Source: an uncultured bacterium (lineage in GTDB: Bacteria; Caldisericota; JANLFM01). From it: DNA of 54,891 nucleotides. This document shows, piece after piece, positions 9,632 to 17,097 of this stretch. Location of the stretch: NCBI GenBank assembly GCA_964464245.1, contig CAYXFH010000145.1:1-54891 (forward strand), in the 5' to 3' direction. Position numbers and translations under genes: made by a program. The notes beneath the pieces were generated by a model, which searched no databases, was not told the origin of the DNA, and was given only the letters and a program-made list of their open reading frames with translations. The stretch's first letter is position 1. Each line of letters begins with the position of its first letter.

Positions 9632-10024
9632 CTACCCTAGCGCTGCGATCCCACTAATTTCGATCATCAATTCCTCCATCACCAAGTGACTAATCTCGAC
9701 AAGCGTGCTGGCAGGAGGATTGTCTCGAAAATACGGATCACGGACCTTTGCAAAAATCGCGCGGTTTCTAATATCGGTAAGAAAAACATTGATGCTGATC
9801 AAGTCTTCAGGACTCCCACCTACAGATTTCAACATGGCCATCAAATTATCCAATGCTTGCTTTGCCTGAGCTTCAAAATCTCCCTTCCCCACTACCTTGC
9901 CGTCGCTATCCAAAGAGATTTGTCCAGAGATGCAAACTATCCCCCCACGGCGCACACATTGAGACCATGTCCCATCGCTTGCAGCCACTTCATTCGTTCC
10001 CAGGACTCTAGTTGCTTTTTCCAT
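9632..10024 (-). CDS. RidA/YjgF family reactive-intermediate (enamine/imine) deaminase
   Basis: ISGQISLDSDGKVVGKGDFEAQAKQALDNLMAMLKSVGGSPEDLISINVFLTD is typical RidA. The ORF track starts at 10060. I use the in-frame ATG at 10024 (MEKATRV), but the start is uncertain. Confidence 0.82.
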   Translation of the reverse strand: MEKATRVLGTNEVAASDGTWSQCVRRGGIVCISGQISLDSDGKVVGKGDFEAQAKQALDNLMAMLKSVGGSPEDLISINVFLTDIRNRAIFAKVRDPYFRDNPPASTLVEISHLVMEELMIEISGIAALG

Positions 10025-10700
10025 CCGCGATCGCATCCTTTCCATTGGCCATTCGCACAAAATCCTTAATAACGCTCTCCAGATGATCTTGTGCCGCTTT
10101 TTCTGATCGCACTGGATCGTGGCTCTTGAAGCTATCGATAATTGCTTGGTGCTCCTTAACCGAGTGAGAATAGCGATCAGGCGCCCTTATCGTATAAAAT
10201 CGGCACAAATATACTAATGATAATTGCTTTTCCAAGATATTGATCAATGTTGGGGAACCAGAACAGCGAACTAACATCGCATGTATCTTTCGGTCGTAAT
10301 CGAAAAATTCCTCTTGGCCTACTGGTTGTTGGCGTAAACTCATCTCTTGCTGAAGCGATTCCAATTCACCGATCTCCTCAGGGGTAATCCTTCTTGCCGC
10401 CTCGCCGGCCGCTAAACCCTCCATGGCAGCTTCTACACGGAGTAAATCCACAATCTCTTCACGGCGAAACGAAATAACAAACATGCCAACATGAGGTTGA
10501 TTGTCGATCAATCCTTCCTGCTCGAGGACTAATAAGGCCTCCCGAATCGGAGTTCTGCTTACTCCATATTTGGCGCTGATCTCTTCTTCGATAAGTTTCT
10601 GACCAGGTAAGTATTCCCGATTGAGTATAGCTTCACGTATGACTTGAACCAATTCCGTCCTCATCGTTCTTCTGAGATCATTAACCGTTGGAATCTGCAT
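10008..10700 (-). CDS. GntR family transcriptional regulator (FadR/FCD-type C-terminal domain)
   Basis: 230 aa. It has an N-terminal winged HTH (LPGQKLIEEEISAKYGVSRTPIREALLVLEQEGLI) and a helical C-terminal effector domain. Confidence 0.9.
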   Translation of the reverse strand: MQIPTVNDLRRTMRTELVQVIREAILNREYLPGQKLIEEEISAKYGVSRTPIREALLVLEQEGLIDNQPHVGMFVISFRREEIVDLLRVEAAMEGLAAGEAARRITPEEIGELESLQQEMSLRQQPVGQEEFFDYDRKIHAMLVRCSGSPTLINILEKQLSLVYLCRFYTIRAPDRYSHSVKEHQAIIDSFKSHDPVRSEKAAQDHLESVIKDFVRMANGKDAIADGKSN

Positions 10701-10722
10701 CTGGACCCTTTTTCATCTCCAA

Positions 10723-10762
10723 AGCATCTGGAGGTCGAGATCTCTCGGCCTCCAGATGCTTA
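10723..10762 (-). terminator. 13-bp stem hairpin between the thiaminase-like gene and the GntR gene (attenuator or partial terminator)
   Basis: AAGCATCTGGAGG (10723..10735) pairs perfectly with CCTCCAGATGCTT (10750..10762). No strong U-tract follows, so it may only attenuate read-through. Confidence 0.45.
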
Positions 10763-10771
10763 TTGAAATCA

Positions 10772-12271
10772 TTAGTTCGTCGGCAAGAGCTCGTCCAACT
10801 TCGCTCTCAATCCTGGCGCCCAATCCCAGTCGGCCGGAGGCGGGTAGTAGCGGCCAAGCTGCATCACGGGAAGCATTTGTATATAGAGCGGAGAAGTTTT
10901 CAGTAAATTCGCGTCTTGATAGACTGACATTCGAGCAGGGGAAAGGTAACGAACTGGGCTGGTCGGTGGGGCTACCTGGCGGACGTTCTCGCTCGTGCTG
11001 GTGACAAACTGGATAAAGGTCAGCGCATCAGCCCTCTTCTGGCCGGTCAATGATTTATCGAGACAGAAGCTATCCGTGTAACCAGTTGAAGCGGACTTGC
11101 CGGTATCGGATTGAATGAACGGCATGATGGCGATGTCATCCAAGCTGATGGTCGTGTCCCACAAACCTTGAGCTTGCTCGATGATGTTCGCCATGTAACC
11201 CAAGGCCTCAGAGTAATAAACATAAGCTCGGCCGTTGCCATAGACGAACTTCCGCATCAGATCGTCAGTGATCTTATCGTTAATCGGGTTAGCTCCGTTG
11301 CCTGGATCCATCATGGCGATGATGCGCTTCTCAATGTCGATGGCCTGCTGATTGATGTTGTCTTTGTTTACGTAACTGTAGAATTTCACGGGGTCGTTTG
11401 GAAAGAGATCCATCAATGTGTCTTTATACATTTCCTCAGTTCGGTAGCTCCCCAGCATATCGCACAGCAAGCCCTGTCCAAGGGGGTGGTTCTTCCCGCC
11501 GATCACCTTCTCAAGCTCGGAGAACGTCTTTGTATTGGCAAGTTCCGTATCGTTTTTATTGTAGAAAAGGAAATTCGTACAAGTCCAATGAGGGATTCCC
11601 CACCACTTGCCATCAATGACAGCCACATCTTTGACGATTTGCAAGAAGTCATCCGGATTCGGAACTTCGCTATCGAGCAAGGGCTGCAACTTGTCTTTAG
11701 CGATAAACTCACGCAAATAACCCTCGTCCAATTCCCACACGTCTGCCTTTGCTGTAAAAAGGCCGGATGGGTCGCTGTAGTAATCAGGTAAGTTGATAAT
11801 TTCAAGGTCGATTTCGGGGTAGGCTTTCTCGAAATCCCTCTCCATTGTCGTCATGTATTCCTCTAGGTTGGGAATCCAGTTGTAGATGACTGCAGAGAGG
11901 GGTCTCCTGGCTGCGGTCCCGGTTGGCGTCGCAGGAATATCAGCCCCAGGCGCATAGAAATAGACGGCATCGGTGCTCCCGTCCTCCTTGTTAGACCATG
12001 TCGCGGATCCGCCGAATAACTCCACCGCCCAGCGGAATGGCACATAGGTTAACCCATCAATGAGCTTGGCGCCTTCTGTCTGTACAGGGCCTTTATCGGT
12101 TTCCCATTGAGTGGAGCCGATCCCATTGTCGAAGGGAATCTGCACCCATGAAGCGTCGCGAATCGGGGAAACATACTCTATTGGATGCATAGTTGATCCG
12201 AGAGCCAAACTACTGCCGGCAAGGAGCAGGACGAGAAGACAAACTACTCCATTGACCCAGAACCTCTTCAT
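10772..12271 (-). CDS. Secreted thiaminase-I-like (thiamine pyridinylase family, periplasmic-binding-protein fold) protein with an N-terminal copper-amine-oxidase-N-like stalk domain
   Basis: 499 aa with a signal peptide (MKRFWVNGVVCLLVLLLAGSSLALG). A stalk-type segment follows (LIDGLTYVPFRWAVELFGGSATW). The remainder has AVIYNWIPN...YPEIDLEI...YYSDP, GIPHWTCTNFLFYNKND, GRAYVYYSEALGYM and RYLSPARMSVYQ. These parallel my recollection of Paenibacillus thiaminolyticus thiaminase I (AIYPYVPD, LCTNLLFYRKGD with the nucleophilic Cys, GRAFIGYSESMM, YLLPARHQVYE). A plain solute-binding protein is the fallback call. Confidence 0.6.
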   Translation of the reverse strand: MKRFWVNGVVCLLVLLLAGSSLALGSTMHPIEYVSPIRDASWVQIPFDNGIGSTQWETDKGPVQTEGAKLIDGLTYVPFRWAVELFGGSATWSNKEDGSTDAVYFYAPGADIPATPTGTAARRPLSAVIYNWIPNLEEYMTTMERDFEKAYPEIDLEIINLPDYYSDPSGLFTAKADVWELDEGYLREFIAKDKLQPLLDSEVPNPDDFLQIVKDVAVIDGKWWGIPHWTCTNFLFYNKNDTELANTKTFSELEKVIGGKNHPLGQGLLCDMLGSYRTEEMYKDTLMDLFPNDPVKFYSYVNKDNINQQAIDIEKRIIAMMDPGNGANPINDKITDDLMRKFVYGNGRAYVYYSEALGYMANIIEQAQGLWDTTISLDDIAIMPFIQSDTGKSASTGYTDSFCLDKSLTGQKRADALTFIQFVTSTSENVRQVAPPTSPVRYLSPARMSVYQDANLLKTSPLYIQMLPVMQLGRYYPPPADWDWAPGLRAKLDELLPTN

Positions 12272-12292
12272 TTCTTTTCCTCCTTAAGCGGG

Positions 12293-12308
12293 GTAATGTA
12301 TACATTAC
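12293..12308. promoter_or_regulatory. Perfect 16-bp palindrome GTAATGTATACATTAC, candidate GntR-type operator
   Basis: It lies 22-37 nt upstream of the start codon at 12271, just beyond the AAGGAGGA ribosome-binding site. The GT..AC dyad is the generic GntR-family operator architecture. Confidence 0.4.
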
Positions 12309-12720
12309 ACAGTATAACTTGAAAGTCAATACGCATAGACGAAGAGAAAAGAAGTGTGAGGCAAGGGTGTTCTGGAGTTGAAAACTGCACTGCCGGTCCT
12401 CGGATCGGGTTCTTGTTCTTCACCGCTCGTTTCTGCCGCACTGGGGTGCGGCGTTCCCAGAGATTCCACCACCAGCCGGACTTCCTGGTCCATCACGCTC
12501 AAGGTGCGCTACCGACTGCCCAGATAAGTCGTGGACCGATATAATCCACCTTCATGCCAAAGCCCGATGATAAGACCGCGGAACGCCAAGGCATGCTCCT
12601 GTGATGCATCGACCATTTTGAAGCGCCATCCTTGGAAGAAGCCTTACTTGTGTCCGAAGCCGTGGCACATTTATGGGCGCCGGATAGAGTACAGACGCGT
12701 GAGGAAATCTCTATTCATTG

Positions 12721-12756
12721 ATTGACCTCCGGTCAATTCGGACCTCCGGTCAATTC
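12721..12756. promoter_or_regulatory. Tandem operator-like dyads upstream of the aldo-keto reductase gene
   Basis: ATTGACCTCCGGTCAAT (12721..12737) is a perfect 7-3-7 inverted repeat. The 16-nt string GACCTCCGGTCAATTC occurs twice (12724..12739 and 12741..12756) with a 17-nt period, about 80-115 nt upstream of the GTG at 12838. Confidence 0.4.
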
Positions 12757-12837
12757 AGGTATCATTGTACAGCATTCGCTACATCACGAGAGCTAACGTA
12801 AGATGTTTGTTGCAATCGTTTCTTGAAGGAGGAACAC

Positions 12838-13986
12838 GTGCAATATCGAACCTTTGGCCGTCTGGACTGGAAACCGTCCGCCTTAGGCTTTGGAGCGATG
12901 CGTCTGCCGGTTTTAGATGGAGACCCCAAACGCATCGACGAGGAGCAAGCCACCGCCATGCTCCAACTGGCGATCGATGGTGGAGTGAACTATGTGGACA
13001 CCGCCTATCCTTATCATGGTGGAACAGGTGAAGTATTCATCGGTAAGGCATTGGAGGGCGGTAACCGCAGCAAGGTGAGACTGGCCACCAAGCTGCCTTG
13101 TTGGTTGGTAACCGACGCAGATGACTTCGAACGCTACCTTGATGAACAGTTGACTCGGCTTCGCACGGAGAGCATTGACTGCTATTTGTTGCATTCCCTA
13201 TCCAAGGGGACGTGGAGCAAGGTGCGCGATCTGGGTGTGCTGGACTGGGCAGAACGGGCCAAGGCAGAGGGTCGTATCCAACATCTCGGGTTCTCCTTTC
13301 ATGACAGCTATCCTGTCTTCCAGGAGATCATCGATAGCTACGACAATTGGGATTTCTGCCAGATCCAATACAATTACATGGACATTGAACAGCAGGCCGG
13401 CAGGCGAGGTCTGCAATACGCAGCAGCCAAGGGGTTAGGCGTGGTGGTAATGGAACCCATTCGAGGCGGGCATCTGGCCAACCCTCCCGATCCCATTAAA
13501 ATGCTTTGGTCCCAAGCTGAGAACCCTCGCTCTCCGGCTGATTGGGCTTTGCAGTGGGTTTGGGACCAAGCGGAGGTTTCGCTTGTTCTCTCGGGGATGA
13601 GCGCCTTGGCACAGGTCAGGGAGAACTTGGCAAGCGCGGAACGTTCCAAGATCGGCTCTCTCTCCAGCGAGGAACAGGCGCTGATCACCCAAGTAAGCGA
13701 GAAATACCGCACGATGAGCCCTGTCCCCTGCACTGGCTGCGGCTACTGCCAACCTTGCCCTCAGGGTGTGCGGATCCCGGCTATCCTGGAACTCTACAAC
13801 GAGGCGATCATATACAACACGGCGCTACGTTCCCGTGTTGTCTACGCCAACTGGTTCCGACCAGAAGGGAAAGCAGATCGCTGCACACAGTGCGGTCAAT
13901 GCCTAGAGCATTGCCCTCAGGCCATTCCTATACCTCAGTGGTTGGAGAAAGCGCAGAGTTTCCTTTCCGGTGAAGAGGTGCGCTAG
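12838..13986 (+). CDS. Aldo/keto reductase with a C-terminal 4Fe-4S ferredoxin-like domain
   Basis: It is the only clear plus-strand gene. The track start is TTG at 12823. I prefer GTG at 12838, 7 nt after AAGGAGGA. The AKR core has GFGAMRLP and VNYVDTAYPYHGG. The C-terminus has CTGCGYCQPCP and CTQCGQCLEHCP. Confidence 0.88.
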   Translation: MQYRTFGRLDWKPSALGFGAMRLPVLDGDPKRIDEEQATAMLQLAIDGGVNYVDTAYPYHGGTGEVFIGKALEGGNRSKVRLATKLPCWLVTDADDFERYLDEQLTRLRTESIDCYLLHSLSKGTWSKVRDLGVLDWAERAKAEGRIQHLGFSFHDSYPVFQEIIDSYDNWDFCQIQYNYMDIEQQAGRRGLQYAAAKGLGVVVMEPIRGGHLANPPDPIKMLWSQAENPRSPADWALQWVWDQAEVSLVLSGMSALAQVRENLASAERSKIGSLSSEEQALITQVSEKYRTMSPVPCTGCGYCQPCPQGVRIPAILELYNEAIIYNTALRSRVVYANWFRPEGKADRCTQCGQCLEHCPQAIPIPQWLEKAQSFLSGEEVR

Positions 13987-13996
13987 CTAGGTTCGA

Positions 13997-14497
13997 TCAG
14001 GGCTTCTTGGCTTGGTAGAGCGCTCGCATGGTGCGTATCTGGGCGGCATGCCATGTATTGTGAGCGATCAGCCAGACCCAGATTTGCCATGCCGGATATT
14101 CTTCCCCCCAGAAGGCCTTGGCCCTCTCTGCCAATGATTCCTCGGAGCTGTCCAAGAAAGCTTGGCGGAAGGAAGCGATCGCTTCTTTGAGGAATTCCAT
14201 CCAGCCGGCGAAATCCTGGGGAGCGCGAGCCAATATATCTTTAGGAGTCAGCTTACCGGGGCCGATCGCATATTCTCCAGTCAGAGCCAGGCCTACCACC
14301 AAGTGGGCAATCTTGAAACCGATGGTAGAGACCCCAGAGGGTTGTGGGTGCTCGAAAGCCTTTTCGGGCATCAGCGCCCCCGGGACCGGCTTCCAATAGA
14401 ACTCCTCCGAAGTGAGATCCTTCAGCGCCATCTCCAGGTTCGATTGCGCGTCATCCAGCATAAAGAGCAACATTTCCTTGCGATTGACAGATTCCAT
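13997..14497 (-). CDS. DinB family (DinB_2 / four-helix-bundle metalloenzyme-like) protein
   Basis: I chose the start at 14497 (MESVNRK), 8 nt after AAAGGAGG. It is a helical protein with conserved His positions (IAHLVVG, HNTWHAAQI) typical of the DinB superfamily. Confidence 0.7.
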   Translation of the reverse strand: MESVNRKEMLLFMLDDAQSNLEMALKDLTSEEFYWKPVPGALMPEKAFEHPQPSGVSTIGFKIAHLVVGLALTGEYAIGPGKLTPKDILARAPQDFAGWMEFLKEAIASFRQAFLDSSEESLAERAKAFWGEEYPAWQIWVWLIAHNTWHAAQIRTMRALYQAKKP

Positions 14498-14642
14498 CAG
14501 TGATTTACCTCCTTTTATCATTAGAAACTGACCAAGCCTGTTTCGTTCCCGATCCGCAGCCTTTCTTCACGGCTTCAATTCTCCTGTCATCGGGGCCCAG
14601 CGTCAATCACAGTCTCGCGGTTCACCCCTCTCTCCCACAGCA

Positions 14643-14678
14643 CCAAATAAAGAAAGGCCGGAGGATGCCGGCCTTTCT
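14643..14678 (-). terminator. Rho-independent terminator after the BMP-type ABC operon
   Basis: The 11-bp stem AGAAAGGCCGG (14651..14661) pairs with CCGGCCTTTCT (14668..14678). On the minus strand it is followed by TTTATTTGG. Confidence 0.7.
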
Positions 14679-14716
14679 CGACACTCGACCCGAACTGACC
14701 GGAGGTCTATTAGGGA

Positions 14717-15823
14717 TTATTTCTCGCCCTTCTCGTAGGGGATTCCATCAGCAGCCGGAGGGACCGCCCGTCCCACGAAACCGGCTAGAGCCAGCAAGGT
14801 GAGCATATACGGGAAGGCGTTCAACCAACCACGGGGAATTGAAGCCAGCGCTGGGTAAGTGGTGCTAAGCCCCTGGATCAGATCGCCAGCCACCCCGGCC
14901 AGGGTGAAGAAGAGGACGGCTGCCAAGGTGCCAAGCGGTTTCCATTTGCCGAAGATCATCGCTGCCAAAGCGATGAACCCCTTGCCGGCCGGCATATGGT
15001 TGTCGAAGATGTCCAGTTGCCCGATCGACATCGATGCGCCGGCGATGGCGCCGAAGACATAGGAAAGGATGACGCAGACGTAACGGATCACATAAATGTT
15101 GATGCCCAGGGTGTCAGCGGCTTTTGGATTCTCACCCACCGCACGAATCCGCAGGCCCCATTTGGTCTGGTAAAGGAGGAAATGCAAGAGGAAGGGAAGG
15201 ATCAGTGCGAAGTAGACGAAGATGGTCTGCTTGTTGAAAGCGCCAAAAACGACTTCTCGTGCTGGAGCAAAAAAGGAAAAGGCAATGCCGAGTGGAAGAC
15301 CGATCACCGCGGTAAGGATCAAAGCTTTTTTGGCATTGCTTCGTTTCATTCGGGCCATCGACCAGGAGACAACGGCATAGGTCAAACCGACCACCAGGAA
15401 TACCAACAGTCCTTGGGCAAATGTGGGCGAGATGACCACACCGGAGGAGAAGGAAGAGACTGGGGGCGAGTGGCCCGTGGTGTTGAAGAACAGTTGCAAC
15501 AGGTAGGTCATTCCGCCCAGTGCGAAGACGTTGACAGCCACACCATAGACAACTTGGTCGCCACGCCAACTGACGGTCACCCAGGCGGCCAGAAGACCCA
15601 TGACAGCTCCCATTCCAATGCCGAGAGCCAATCCCAGCCAAGGGTTGCCGGTGTAATAAGAGCCGACTACAGCGAAGAAGCCACCCATGCGCATAATTCC
15701 TTCCAACGCGAGGTTGACCACGCCGGAATTCTCGCTGATCACCCCACCCAAGCCGGCGATGAGGATCGGTGTGCCGAATTGCAGCATCGAAAAGAGTGCG
15801 GCGATAAGGATTTGTTGGAACAT
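14717..15823 (-). CDS. ABC transporter permease (BMP/nucleoside-type, second permease)
   Basis: 368 aa, multi-pass hydrophobic. It overlaps the upstream permease by 1 nt. Its position and family resemblance match the YufQ/NupQ-type permeases that accompany BMP binding proteins. Confidence 0.88.
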   Translation of the reverse strand: MFQQILIAALFSMLQFGTPILIAGLGGVISENSGVVNLALEGIMRMGGFFAVVGSYYTGNPWLGLALGIGMGAVMGLLAAWVTVSWRGDQVVYGVAVNVFALGGMTYLLQLFFNTTGHSPPVSSFSSGVVISPTFAQGLLVFLVVGLTYAVVSWSMARMKRSNAKKALILTAVIGLPLGIAFSFFAPAREVVFGAFNKQTIFVYFALILPFLLHFLLYQTKWGLRIRAVGENPKAADTLGINIYVIRYVCVILSYVFGAIAGASMSIGQLDIFDNHMPAGKGFIALAAMIFGKWKPLGTLAAVLFFTLAGVAGDLIQGLSTTYPALASIPRGWLNAFPYMLTLLALAGFVGRAVPPAADGIPYEKGEK

Positions 15824-17097
15824 CAGTCCACCTCCCCTTTTCGCTTGAAGGGAAACATGAGGAGATAGCGGATAATGTTATTCGCTGCGATGAAGAGAAC
15901 CACTGACCCTTGGATGATATCCGCGAAGGTCTTATGGATCTCATACGGTGGCAGTTGCATGCTGGTCGCCCCTCCACGGATGATGCCGAAAAGAACCGAA
16001 GCCAGGAAGGTGCCGATCGGGCTATTCTGGCCGATTAAAGCCATGGCAATGCCGTCAAAACCGTACCCGCCAGGGAACACGCCAGGGAAACGTCTCTCCG
16101 TACCACAAATCATCAACATCCCAGCCAAACCAGAAAGTCCACCGGCGATGAACATGGTCAAGATAGTGCGTTGCTTGATGTTGATCCCAGCGTAACGAGC
16201 GGCTTCTTGGTTGAAACCGGTAGCTCGGATCTCATAGCCCGTAACGGTGCGGTAGAGAAGGATGAAGGTGATGGCTACCGCAGCCATGGCGAAGAAGATG
16301 CCAATGTTGGCGCGATCCCCAGGGATGCCGTACTGCCATTGAAAGATAGCGATCGAGGAGAGAGTCGCCACTCCGGCGCCGACAACCAAAGAGAGTATCA
16401 AATTGGTCGCTCTTGCCATAGAGCTGCGGTTGAGGATGTAGTGAGCCACGATCGCTGCCACAAGGAAAATGACAACCAGCAGACCGATTCTACCGGCCTG
16501 ATCAGGCGGATAGGCAATGAAACGCCAGAGCATGGCGCTACCGTCGATGATCGGTGTCCCGGCATCGCTCGATCCGGTCGCCTTCACCGCGGAAAGGGGG
16601 CCTGTCACCAGCCAATTCTCCACCAAGTAGACAGCGATCCAATTAAGCATGATCGTCGAGATCACCTCATGCACCCCGCGGGTCACTTTCAACCAACCGG
16701 CGATCGCTGCCCAAAGTCCTCCCATGATGAAGGAGGCCACCATGATCACGGGGATGTGGAGAATCCCCGGAAGATGGATCCAGTGACCCAGAAAGGCGGC
16801 GGTGATAGCGCCGATGATGAACTGGCCCTCCGCGCCGATATTGAAGAGCCCCACTTTATAGGCGAATGCCACGGAGAGGCCGGTGAAAGTGAGAATCGCC
16901 GTCTTGATGATCACTTCGGAGATGCTGTTGATGCTGCCGAAGGCGCCACTGAACATGGCCCCGTACGCTCCGAAAGGATTCTTGCCGGCTACGGCGATGA
17001 GGATCATCCCCACGATCAGACCAAGGAGAATGGAGACAATGGGAACCAACAAGTCGAGCAGATTGGAATAGGAAAAACGCCCTTTAGGCCTCGACAT
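15823..17097 (-). CDS. ABC transporter permease (BMP/nucleoside-type, first permease)
   Basis: 424 aa, multi-pass hydrophobic. It overlaps the ATPase gene end by 14 nt. Confidence 0.88.
   Translation of the reverse strand: MSRPKGRFSYSNLLDLLVPIVSILLGLIVGMILIAVAGKNPFGAYGAMFSGAFGSINSISEVIIKTAILTFTGLSVAFAYKVGLFNIGAEGQFIIGAITAAFLGHWIHLPGILHIPVIMVASFIMGGLWAAIAGWLKVTRGVHEVISTIMLNWIAVYLVENWLVTGPLSAVKATGSSDAGTPIIDGSAMLWRFIAYPPDQAGRIGLLVVIFLVAAIVAHYILNRSSMARATNLILSLVVGAGVATLSSIAIFQWQYGIPGDRANIGIFFAMAAVAITFILLYRTVTGYEIRATGFNQEAARYAGINIKQRTILTMFIAGGLSGLAGMLMICGTERRFPGVFPGGYGFDGIAMALIGQNSPIGTFLASVLFGIIRGGATSMQLPPYEIHKTFADIIQGSVVLFIAANNIIRYLLMFPFKRKGEVD

Noticed and set aside
12356-12725. Small plus-strand ORFs (62 and 64 aa) in the long intergenic gap as possible small proteins.
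   Set aside because: They have no ribosome-binding sites, Arg/Cys/Pro-rich composition and no recognisable motif. The region is treated as non-coding or decayed and is flagged in the findings instead.
14373-14390. A possible fifth, degenerate copy of the 18-nt repeat inside the DinB gene. GTCCCGGGGGCGCTGATG encodes VPGALM, compared with CTGCCGGGGGCTGTCATG encoding LPGAVM.
   Set aside because: Only about 13 of 18 nt match, and the segment falls in a region (W-K-P-x-P-G) that looks like native DinB sequence. I cannot distinguish it from chance without a genome-wide model of the repeat.
14696-14707. The third GACC-N3-GGTC site as an operator for the DinB gene.
   Set aside because: It lies upstream of the ABC-operon terminator (14651..14678) and about 200 nt from the DinB start, so direct promoter control of DinB is doubtful. 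It is kept only as a sequence recurrence in the findings.
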